NCBI GenBank assembly: GCA_044347345.1
Contig: JBIKUX010000025.1
Location: 1 to 38,108, forward strand
Direction: 5' to 3'
DNA: 38,108 bases
From: Bdellovibrionota bacterium
GTDB taxonomy: Bacteria; Bdellovibrionota_C; UBA2361; JBIKUX01
In this document: piece after piece, positions 1-8,392 of the stretch
Layout of the letters: every line of letters begins with the position of its first letter
Position numbering within the stretch: the first letter of the stretch is position 1
The notes under the pieces: model-generated
Seen by the model: the letters and a program-made list of their open reading frames with translations, nothing else
Database searches by the model: none
Told to the model about the DNA's origin: nothing
Program-made: the position numbers and the translations under genes

Positions 1-135
1 ACGAATATAACCACGAAAAACCACACGGCTCGCTGGGGGTACCCCCAGCGGTGTTTGCTTCGCAGCTCAGAAAGGAGTTAAAAGATAACAACCGGACTAT
101 GCTTCAGACCGTAGCGAAGAAGGGGGGGCTGATCA
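1..135 (+). mobile_element. Right end of an IS3-family insertion sequence (left end outside the window)
   Basis: The frame from position 3 reads EYNHEKPHGSLGVPPAVF, matching the YNxxRPHSSLGxxxP C-terminal motif of IS3-type transposases. The segment ends ...GAAGAAGGGGGGGCTGATCA at 135; its reverse complement TGATCAGCCCCCCC is a 5'-TG...CA-3' IS3-like inverted repeat end. GC is 71/135 by hand count, clearly above the flanking DNA. Confidence 0.8.
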
Positions 136-209
136 GAATAATCAAAGGTCGCAAGATTAGTTTGCGCGACGGTTTTTTAAAAAAAACCATGTTGAGACTT
201 TTTTGCTGA
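3..209 (+). CDS. IS3-family transposase, 3' end only (partial)
   Basis: Manually translated open frame EYNHEKPHGSLGVPPAVFASQLRKELKDNNRTMLQTVAKKGGLIR... with the first stop, TGA, at 207-209. It is not in the ORF track because the start lies outside the window. Confidence 0.7.
   Translation, partial: EYNHEKPHGSLGVPPAVFASQLRKELKDNNRTMLQTVAKKGGLIRIIKGRKISLRDGFLKKTMLRLFC
148..188. terminator. Possible intrinsic terminator or hairpin between the convergent IS end and the rho gene cluster
   Basis: Imperfect stem GTCGCAA...TTGCGCGAC (148-170) followed by GGTTTTTT-AA-AAAAAACC, itself an inverted repeat (171-188). Confidence 0.3.
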
Positions 210-256
210 AGCTTAGAGCAAGAGATAGAATGAGTAATAGTTCTAATTTAGGCGTT

Positions 257-667
257 TTAACTAAGGAGTATGTTACGAAAGGTACGCATAAACTTTGATC
301 TAGGAATCAATTCATTAAACAGCGACGAGTTACCAAAAGCCTCTAATAAGTCAACTCTTATATGCGGATAAAACCCTATAATTAGCTTTGCTTTGGAATC
401 AAAAGATTCTTTAGCTAATTTGGTAATTTCCTCAATAGAGCCATAGTCAGCCAAATCTATAACTACAACAGCATTATATAATAATTGCTGGCGACTCTCC
501 TCACTTTTCAATCTATTTAATCCAATAAGCTCACCTGACAACCTTTCCACTTCGCCACGGATAAATTCACGGCTAGCCAAATTTCTTACAAAGGCAACTA
601 CACAGGGCTTTGCACCAGACTTTTCATCGGGCTTTAAACGAAGATTACTGTCAGACTCGGGACTCAA
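257..667 (-). CDS. Stand-alone degenerate receiver (CheY-like) domain protein
   Basis: The pattern VVAFV...VVVIDL...IIGFYPH...LIPRSKF follows the receiver fold but lacks the acidic pocket after beta1 and the canonical K-P. Its TTG start overlaps the TGA stop of the upstream regulator (TTGA, 664-667). Confidence 0.6.
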   Translation of the reverse strand: MSPESDSNLRLKPDEKSGAKPCVVAFVRNLASREFIRGEVERLSGELIGLNRLKSEESRQQLLYNAVVVIDLADYGSIEEITKLAKESFDSKAKLIIGFYPHIRVDLLEAFGNSSLFNELIPRSKFMRTFRNILLS

Positions 668-2166
668 ATTTCAAACTCCTGAACTTTAGCAATAAGAGTA
701 GAGCGTGATATCCCGAGGATCCTCGCGGCTTCGCTCTTATTTCCATTAGTGCGCTTTAAAGCATTACGAATCATAACTTGCTCAACAATCTTGAATGCAT
801 CTTGCAAATTTTCTACTCCACTTAAAAGTCTATCAGAAGATAGTGATGGTAAATTATGTGTTAAACTATTCGGTAATTCTTCGATTGTTTGAGAATAACT
901 GCGCGTTTGATTCTTTAGTGCGACTGCTGGATTTACACTAATTGAAAAGTGACTTGGTTCGAGGATTGCGCTCCTCTCACCCGCAATTATTAAGGCTCGC
1001 TCAAGCTCATTTTGTAACTCTCTAACATTTCCGGGCCATGAATGTTGCAGTATCAAATCCATTGCAGACAAAGAAATCTCTACTGCGCCCAACTTACGCC
1101 GCTTCAAGATATTTTTTAGGATAAGTTGAGCAAGTAGTTGAATATCTGAGCCACGCTCTCTTAAAGGTGGAAGTGTAATTGGAACTACTGATAATCGATA
1201 AAATAAATCAGCACGAAACTCTCCTCTTTCAATCATCTCCTCCAAAGGTCGATGAGTAGCTGCTACAATACGAACATCTACGTGACGCTCTCGAGTATCT
1301 CCTACCGGAATAAACGAGCCTTCTTGTACCACCCTTAAAAGCTTTGCTTGTAGCGGGAGTGACAGCTCACCAACTTCATCAAGAAATAGAGTGCCCTTAT
1401 CAGCTACTTGAAATAATCCGGCTTTATCACGAACAGCTCCAGTGAATGCACCACGCACATGACCAAAAAGAGCCGATTCAAGAAGCTGCTCTTGAAAGGC
1501 AGCACAGTTTTGCACAATCAGAGGTTGTGAACTTCTGGCACTCCTATTATGAATCTCTTTCGCAACCAATTCCTTTCCTGTTCCAGACTCTCCGCGAATT
1601 AGTACCGGAACATCAGCAACTGCCACTCTTTCAATTAGGGTAAAGACTTCCCGCATCGAAGAACTATTACCAATGAGCCCTCCGAATTGAGCAGATTCCT
1701 CTTGCCAAGACTGCACGTGACTACGCCAAGCCTCAGTTTCAGCCTTAGCAGATGATAACTCCTGATAAAGAGAGTGAATCCTAAGAGCAGCTCGTACTCT
1801 GGCTAGGAGCTCTAGTTCACGACAAGGCTTAATTAAGTAATCATCAGCCCCTGCATCAAAGCCAGCTACAATATCATCGAGAGTGTCACGCCCTGTAAGC
1901 AGAATAGTCGGTATATACCGAAAAAGTGGATCTTTCTTGAGCATTGACGCCGTCTCAAGTCCTCCAAGACCGGGCATTGCTACATCTAAAATACAGAGAT
2001 CAGGGAGAGATTGCCGCTGAGCAACTAAGCTATGAAGCACTTTGATAACTTCATCCCCACCACTACACTGCGACGCTTGATAACCGGCATCTGTTAATAC
2101 TGCGACGATACTCTCACGAATATCGTCGTCATCATCAGCAAGCAAAATGTGCTTTAAAACTGACAT
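664..2166 (-). CDS. Sigma54-dependent response regulator (NtrC/AtoC family: receiver, AAA+ and Fis-type HTH)
   Basis: Receiver motifs ILLADDD, ILDVAMP and IKP; Walker A GESGTGKE; GAFTGA loop; Walker B LFLDEVGE; FRADLFYRL; WPGNVRELQN; C-terminal GNKSEAARILGISRSTL. Confidence 0.95.
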   Translation of the reverse strand: MSVLKHILLADDDDDIRESIVAVLTDAGYQASQCSGGDEVIKVLHSLVAQRQSLPDLCILDVAMPGLGGLETASMLKKDPLFRYIPTILLTGRDTLDDIVAGFDAGADDYLIKPCRELELLARVRAALRIHSLYQELSSAKAETEAWRSHVQSWQEESAQFGGLIGNSSSMREVFTLIERVAVADVPVLIRGESGTGKELVAKEIHNRSARSSQPLIVQNCAAFQEQLLESALFGHVRGAFTGAVRDKAGLFQVADKGTLFLDEVGELSLPLQAKLLRVVQEGSFIPVGDTRERHVDVRIVAATHRPLEEMIERGEFRADLFYRLSVVPITLPPLRERGSDIQLLAQLILKNILKRRKLGAVEISLSAMDLILQHSWPGNVRELQNELERALIIAGERSAILEPSHFSISVNPAVALKNQTRSYSQTIEELPNSLTHNLPSLSSDRLLSGVENLQDAFKIVEQVMIRNALKRTNGNKSEAARILGISRSTLIAKVQEFEI

Positions 2167-2184
2167 TTTCTACAACACTTGCTC

Positions 2185-3780
2185 TTATCCTTTCATCATA
2201 TCCAAAAATTCTTGATTACTCTTGGTACCATCCATCTTACTTAGTAACCACTCCATAGCTTTCTCTGGCGAGTCGTTCGATAAAAGTTTTCTGAGAAGCC
2301 AAATCTTTTGCAATACTTCAGGATTAATCAGTAATTCTTCCTTACGAGTTTGAGATTTTAATATATCCATGGCCGGAAATATCCGTTTCTCAGAGAGCTT
2401 GCGGTCAAGCACAAGCTCCATGTTTCCAGTACCTTTAAACTCCTCAAATATCACCTCATCCATGCGGGATCCGGTATCAATTAGAGCCGTCCCAATGATG
2501 GTTAAACTTCCGCCCTCTTCACAATTTCGAGCCGCACCGAAAAATCTCTTCGGTTTATGCAAAGCATTAGAATCAACTCCTCCAGACAGAATCTTCCCTG
2601 AGGGGGGCACGACAGTGTTATAAGCTCGAGCTAAACGAGTAATAGAATCGAGAAGAATAACTACATCCCTTTTATGCTCTACAAGCCTTTTGGCCTTTTC
2701 AATAACCATTTCTGCTACCTGAACATGTCGCGTAGCTGGTTCATCGAAAGTCGAACTAACTACCTCACCATCAACAGACCGCAACATGTCAGTCACTTCT
2801 TCTGGTCGCTCGTCTATAAGCAACACAATTAAAATAACCTCCTTGTGGTTCTCTGTAATAGCGTTAGCTATATTCTGAAGAAGAATAGTTTTGCCAGCTT
2901 TAGGTGGCGCAACTATTAGGGCTCTTTGGCCTTTACCTATCGGAGAGAAAAGGTCGATAATTCTTGATGACATGCCCCCAGTGCGACTCTCCAGCTTGAG
3001 CTTAGTACGCGGGTAATCAGCAGTCAGGTTATCGAAGTGAACCTTTGTTTTTAGAGTTTCAAGGGTATCGTGATTAACTGAGTTAACTTTAAGGAGAGCA
3101 AAGTAACGCTCTCCTTCTTTTTCTCGAGGTGGACGAATCTGTCCCTCTATGGTGTCCCCTGTTTTCAAACCAAAACGACGAATCTGTGCCGGAGAGACAT
3201 AAATATCATCAGAGCCAGGAAGGTAATTAGAATCAGGTGCCCTTAAAAATCCAAATCCATCAGGCAAACACTCTAATACCCCTTCTCCGTAAACATTACC
3301 ATTAGAAGCAGTTTGAGAAGTAAGAATAGAGAATATCAGATCCTGCTTTCGCATATTACTGACACCCTCAAGATTAAACTCTTGAGATAGCTTTACCAAA
3401 TCTTCTACCTTCATCCTCTTCAGCTCGTTGAGATTCATCTCACGACGATCACGAAACGAAACTAATGGCTCAACATGCGGCCGACGCGATTGCACATCAG
3501 GCAGACTTTTGAGTTCACTTGTACTTTTACTTTCAGGAATAATGTTATCCCGACTAGCATCGTTTTTCACATCTACAAACGGTAATCCACTAGCCTCAGG
3601 TGAGGTTGTTTTAATTTCAGAAAGTACTTCTCTTTCCTGGGCATTATTAGAGGATAATTCATCAATTTTTCGAGAGCTAGACTCTTCAACAGTAGATAAT
3701 GCTACCTTTCTACGGCGACGATTCACACCGGTGGCTGGAGAAGTCTCAGAATCTTTCATACTCGCTTGTCCTACACTCAT
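2185..3780 (-). CDS. rho: Transcription termination factor Rho with a ~114-aa N-terminal extension
   Basis: [67 protein letters not shown] lies just upstream of the ATG at 3780; the conserved core begins at MNLNELK (ATG 3438). Confidence 0.98.
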   Translation of the reverse strand: MSVGQASMKDSETSPATGVNRRRRKVALSTVEESSSRKIDELSSNNAQEREVLSEIKTTSPEASGLPFVDVKNDASRDNIIPESKSTSELKSLPDVQSRRPHVEPLVSFRDRREMNLNELKRMKVEDLVKLSQEFNLEGVSNMRKQDLIFSILTSQTASNGNVYGEGVLECLPDGFGFLRAPDSNYLPGSDDIYVSPAQIRRFGLKTGDTIEGQIRPPREKEGERYFALLKVNSVNHDTLETLKTKVHFDNLTADYPRTKLKLESRTGGMSSRIIDLFSPIGKGQRALIVAPPKAGKTILLQNIANAITENHKEVILIVLLIDERPEEVTDMLRSVDGEVVSSTFDEPATRHVQVAEMVIEKAKRLVEHKRDVVILLDSITRLARAYNTVVPPSGKILSGGVDSNALHKPKRFFGAARNCEEGGSLTIIGTALIDTGSRMDEVIFEEFKGTGNMELVLDRKLSEKRIFPAMDILKSQTRKEELLINPEVLQKIWLLRKLLSNDSPEKAMEWLLSKMDGTKSNQEFLDMMKG

Positions 3781-4374
3781 GGATTCCTATTTTTAAAAGA
3801 CATTAAACAAAAGACGGATATTAATTTTTGATTAAGGACTTGCCTGGCTCGAATTTTACAACCCCCCTCTGGCCGTAATTTCTCTAACCATAATTATCGA
3901 AACAAGGCTCAAACAAATCGCGCTTCGTGATTTTAAATAAAGATTTCTGTTATCAAAGAATGATCTACCACTAATAGCAAAACTGTAATAATTTCTAGGT
4001 TTTCAGTGCGATAAAAGTTAATCTAGCCAGAATTATACTTTAATGACGCGTAATAAATTAAAACGGTTCTATATTTGTTAATTAAATAAAGGTTTATATA
4101 ATTTTTAATTTAACTTCTTTGCTTACCTAAACCAGGTAACCACAAAACTATAACACAATAAGGTTAAACCAAAAATACTAATTATAAAATTTTTGACTAA
4201 GATTAAAAGTTTTTTTTCTGACTTAATGTCGTTAAACTTACCTAATTTACCAAAAGTCTTACAATCTAACTTTTTGTTTAATTAATGCAATTCAACTTGA
4301 AGTCTAGCTTTAAGGTTTTAACTCAACTCACAAGACGAAACTGCTTAAAATTGGAACACATATTACACCATTAA

Positions 4375-4404
4375 AAGGTAGCATTAAATATTCAGTATGG
4401 TCAA
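4375..4404 (-). promoter_or_regulatory. Candidate sigma70 promoter for rho
   Basis: The minus strand reads TTGACC-N18-TACCTT with TGn directly before the -10 element (extended -10). Confidence 0.45.
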
Positions 4405-4860
4405 GCCACTTTAACCTTTTAGGCTGATGAAATGTATTCTATAGAACGACTCGATTCTGCTTTGTTTTCCTTAGGCTATATTCCTCCCATAAATATGCTA
4501 CGGCTAACAAACTATGAGTATTTTTTACTTTTCTTACTTCAATCTAGTCGCAAGATTAAAATTAAATGAAATTATACTCGGAAAACTCGGAGAGACATCA
4601 TTAATTCAATAAATGATGGTGTACCACGAAACTTTGTTACGTGGAGTAACAACTCACAACTCAAATCTATCTAGAAGAAAAGATTAGCTTTCTTAGAGTT
4701 TAGTTGTAAAACTGAACTCAAGGAGTTAGCAATAAGTGCCAACATCCCTTGGAGGAGAAACAAAGGTATTAAAAGCTCTTTGTATAACAGCAACTATGGT
4801 TATCTAGACAAAATTCACTTTTTCTTTACGGTAAACATTACCTAATACGGAAGTTTAAAC

Positions 4861-6924
4861 CTAATTCTTAAAACTAGGACCTCTAGAGATTAAGGATAAA
4901 ACTCGAGAAGTTTCTAGCTTTTCTGCTTGCGCTATCAACGCAGCGGTACGGTCGATTTTAACTTGTGCTACAATTAAACGTGTAGACTCTTCAGCCACAT
5001 CAACTGATCTGATCTTAGAGTATGCTTCAGTATATAGATTAGCGTTACGATCAACAAAATTTAATGCAAAACCAAGACGACTACGAGAGGATTCCACACG
5101 AGATTGGCCTTGAGAGATAGTATCAAACATCCTGTCAACAACTAAACCAGACTCAGTAGCTTTTGTAGTGCTAGAAAGATCTAAATAATTAAGTCTAAGG
5201 CCATTGTTGGAAGTAACTTCATAGTAATATGTAGTAGTAGTGCCAGGTGTTCCTGGAGTGCCAGGGGTTCCTGGAGTGCCAGGGGTTCCTGGAGTGCCAT
5301 TACCAAGCATCACTGAGATTTTACCGGACTCAGTAATACTTAAGACGTCATTTATATTGTCACCATTTAAGTCAAGAACTTGAGTTCCCCGAGAACTTAC
5401 GGCCGATTCCCCATCAGAAATGCTAATCGCTGCCTTAAATGTGCCGTTTCCATTACCCCAGTTAATGCTTACTTTGCCACCGGCGCTACCTAAACCCACC
5501 AGAACATCTAGAAATCCATCTTTATCTAAGTCTACTAATTGGCCGTTTGTAGCTTGACCCATTGCTGCGAAACTAGCAGTATTTGTATAACTAAATGTCC
5601 CATTTCCATTTCCAAGAGCTACAACTAAATAATTTGTTCCTGAAACATAATCCATTTTATCATCATCGTTGACATCACCCGCCTCTACCCACCATCCACC
5701 ATCATGATTAAAACTTTGGGAAGCCGCAAAAGATGTGTTAAAGGGGGACGAAAAACTTGATGTATTTAATGAAAGCCGAGCACCAACACTACCGGTTCCT
5801 ACTCCGAGAAAATCTGGCTTACCATCTCCGTTAAAATCGGCTACCGCAAATTCGCGATTTGCTGCGTTCGCTACTGATACCTGAGCCTTAAATGTTCCGT
5901 TGCCATTGCCGAGTGAGTACCATATGGGGCCCCCTGTGGCCTGAATTTTATCAAGATATGTGTCACCATTAATATCAACTAATTCGATGTTATCACCTGT
6001 AGAATTTCCCCATGAATGAGAAGGTAAGGTATCAGCAAAAGTACCATTGCCATTACCAAGAAGTACTTTACTTTGCCCGCCATCAGTAATAATATCTAAA
6101 TTATTATCTCCGTTAAGATCTAAAACTACTCCAGATTGGCCGCTTTGAGATGTTTGTAATGTAATTGCACTCTTAAAAGTTCCATTTCCGTTACCTTGGT
6201 GGTACACGATAGCGTCACCAAAAACTACTAAGTCAATAAAACCGTCTTCATTAAAGTCTCCTCCTTTAATCTCAGGGTCTGAGCTTGCACTAGCTGTGCT
6301 AACAGTTGTAGTTACTATCGGCGCCTTATAAGTTCGATCAGATCCCCCCGGAGTTCCAGGCGTGCCCGGAGTTCCAGGCGTGCCCGGAGTTCCAGGATTA
6401 GTAATAGTTACTGAAACTGTAACAGTATAACTGCCACTACCTTTGGGCAGGAACGCTGGAACAATACCATGAATTCCAGCACTGCTCTGTGAATAAATCT
6501 CTGTAACGCTTGAATTTATAAGATTCATCCCATTATACTTGGTAGAATCAACGACTCGATTAAATTCATCAACTAAAGCATTAGCTTCAGACTGGAGCGC
6601 ATCTCTTTGAGAAGAAGATAGGGTTGATTGCTTAGCCTGTTCAGTTAACTCTTTAAGCCGTGAGTTTAGGTAACCAAGATGGTTTATTGACGATGAGGCT
6701 ATATTGAGGGCACTAATAGTATCATTTAGGTTTAGTTTACCTCGAATAGCTAGGCTTCTATCATTGTCAAGTCTGAGTTGAAGATCTAAACCAGCTGGAT
6801 CATCGACTGAGCTATTTATGCGAAGTCCGGAGCTAAGACGTTGGGAAGCGGTGGAATAACTTTGCGAGCCACGAGCTAAAGATCTTAAAAGTGGGAGTAA
6901 AGACGGCCTAATTGACGAAACCAC
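4861..6924 (-). CDS. Divergent flagellin with a central seven-repeat FG-GAP/VCBS domain flanked by (PGT)n linkers
   Basis: Flagellin N-domain (QRLSSGLRINSSVDDPAGL, RLKELTEQA, QRDALQSE, STKYNGMNLI) and C-domain (YSKIRSVDVAEE, LIAQA, VLSLI). Seven DxN/DxDG-type loops, most followed by GNGNGTF turns, lie between them. Confidence 0.9.
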   Translation of the reverse strand: MVSSIRPSLLPLLRSLARGSQSYSTASQRLSSGLRINSSVDDPAGLDLQLRLDNDRSLAIRGKLNLNDTISALNIASSSINHLGYLNSRLKELTEQAKQSTLSSSQRDALQSEANALVDEFNRVVDSTKYNGMNLINSSVTEIYSQSSAGIHGIVPAFLPKGSGSYTVTVSVTITNPGTPGTPGTPGTPGTPGGSDRTYKAPIVTTTVSTASASSDPEIKGGDFNEDGFIDLVVFGDAIVYHQGNGNGTFKSAITLQTSQSGQSGVVLDLNGDNNLDIITDGGQSKVLLGNGNGTFADTLPSHSWGNSTGDNIELVDINGDTYLDKIQATGGPIWYSLGNGNGTFKAQVSVANAANREFAVADFNGDGKPDFLGVGTGSVGARLSLNTSSFSSPFNTSFAASQSFNHDGGWWVEAGDVNDDDKMDYVSGTNYLVVALGNGNGTFSYTNTASFAAMGQATNGQLVDLDKDGFLDVLVGLGSAGGKVSINWGNGNGTFKAAISISDGESAVSSRGTQVLDLNGDNINDVLSITESGKISVMLGNGTPGTPGTPGTPGTPGTPGTTTTYYYEVTSNNGLRLNYLDLSSTTKATESGLVVDRMFDTISQGQSRVESSRSRLGFALNFVDRNANLYTEAYSKIRSVDVAEESTRLIVAQVKIDRTAALIAQAEKLETSRVLSLISRGPSFKN
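5239..5298. repeat. 18-bp tandem repeat (~3.3 copies) encoding GT(PGT)6, C-terminal linker of the flagellin insert
   Basis: Plus-strand unit AGTGCCAGG(G/T)GTTCCTGG at 5239, 5257 and 5275, plus a partial copy at 5293. Confidence 0.95.
6347..6396. repeat. 18-bp tandem repeat (~2.8 copies) encoding (PGT)5PG, N-terminal linker of the flagellin insert
   Basis: Plus-strand unit CCCGGAGTTCCAGGCGTG at 6347 and 6365, plus a partial copy at 6383. Confidence 0.95.
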
Positions 6925-7543
6925 TCAACAACACCTTTTTTTACAAAAATATCAAAGCCTTGCTCGACGAAGTTGCTTTTCACTGTCGATTTAAAAAATA
7001 GCCAAAAAACCTTGAGGCTGATTTTAGCTTTTTCTCTATTTGTGTAGTCGGTGTAACGACTGAAAATCTGAACAAATTAACCCGTTTTTCTCTCTCTTTA
7101 CTAGTTGCAAAAAGTAACTCTTTTAATCTGTATACCTTACACTGTACCGAGTAGTTGAGGAGGTTATTCTCCACCAGTTGTAAGGGAAGCAGAGATGTGT
7201 TCTTCGTGTTAAAAACTGGGGTTCTTTACGAAGAAAAGTTTTTTTAATTAACGATGTCAGAGTAATTGAGTTGATGCGAGAGGAAAGTAAAAAACAACAA
7301 TGTCTAGTTATATGAACTAATCACCATTTAATCAAACTACATACTGTTACTAATACCTGCTCAAAAAATACTCTTTGTTATTTTACTCTACAAGAAAAGA
7401 GCAAATATCTTAAACTACAACATGATATACTTCTATGAATAACCCGATACTCTCATACTTAGTAGTATTTATGATCTCCATGATTGTTAAAAATTTATTC
7501 GTAACTAAGTTACAACGCTCGTACCGCTAAACTCATCACTAAC

Positions 7544-8392
7544 TTATAAACGATCTACTATTTTTTTAGCCGCAACCTGTCGGATATAGTTTGGAGAAAA
7601 TTCACAATACTCATTTATACCAATTTTTCTTCCAGGTTGAGAGCAAATTGGATGAAGAAGATTTAAAGCGCTACCGAAATACTTTTGCACTACAGCATTT
7701 TTATTACTGCCTATGCTTGCTGTTATGAGCTCATAACTAGGTAAGTCTTTGGCTATAATCAAATATGGTGAGCTATTTAAATCGCCAACCAAGCCAAACC
7801 TACTCAGTTCAACTAATGAGACAAATTCAGATAAAGAATAGATTGTGCTCGACAATATGGTAGGCTCTGAAAGCACAGATAACTTATCCACATTTGAATC
7901 TAATTGTTCAGATGTATCTAACTGTTTATCTGACTCTAAAGGTACAAATGCTCTTACAGTAAACAATTCTCCTCGCCGAGCATCACTAATTACTAAGACC
8001 TTTGTTACGGTTGGAGATGCTATACTAGGAATGTAATTAACCGGCTCTATGGCTTGAGCTGCTATGGCTTCAAGAAGATCTATCTCAACAACTCGTATAG
8101 GGGTACCATAAATAAACCCACGTACAAATGCATAGCCAAGTCGCAATCCGGTAAAAGAGCCCGGACCACGAGCCAAACGAATTTCCCTCACTTGACTCAC
8201 AGAAGCTCCAAAAGAATCGAGTAATTCTTTTATGCCTCTAGAAAGCTCATCTTCATGACAATAATGATCGTCACTAATCCGTAAAACAACTGAACCTATG
8301 TTCACTTGTTCATCATTAATAATTGGCGCAGCACATAGAGAAAAATTAGGAGAACTAGTATCTATCGCTATAACAAACTGTAAATCACTCAC
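7544..8392 (-). CDS. tsaB: tRNA threonylcarbamoyladenosine biosynthesis protein TsaB
   Basis: IAIDTSS, RGPGSFTGLRLG, DARRGELF; GTGA overlap with the rseP stop. Confidence 0.9.
   Translation of the reverse strand: MSDLQFVIAIDTSSPNFSLCAAPIINDEQVNIGSVVLRISDDHYCHEDELSRGIKELLDSFGASVSQVREIRLARGPGSFTGLRLGYAFVRGFIYGTPIRVVEIDLLEAIAAQAIEPVNYIPSIASPTVTKVLVISDARRGELFTVRAFVPLESDKQLDTSEQLDSNVDKLSVLSEPTILSSTIYSLSEFVSLVELSRFGLVGDLNSSPYLIIAKDLPSYELITASIGSNKNAVVQKYFGSALNLLHPICSQPGRKIGINEYCEFSPNYIRQVAAKKIVDRL

Noticed and set aside
4424-4460. CTGATGA hammerhead ribozyme core
   Set aside because: No downstream GAAA or supporting stems.
4548-4573. GTCGCAAGATTAAAATTAAATGAAATT resembles a conserved 16S rRNA stretch, and GTCGCAAGATTA also occurs at 148-159
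   Set aside because: The match is short, the flanks show no rRNA similarity, and a 12-bp recurrence is compatible with chance.
4729-4742. Sigma54-like promoter TTGGCACTTATTGC on the minus strand upstream of rho
   Set aside because: Only 8 nt separate GG and GC; sigma54 needs 10.
5239-6396. Tandem repeats as a CRISPR array or MITE
   Set aside because: No spacers; the repeats are in frame and encode PGT linkers.
6980-7174. 64-aa ORF upstream of the flagellin
   Set aside because: Short, GTG start, no recognisable motif; more likely promoter DNA.
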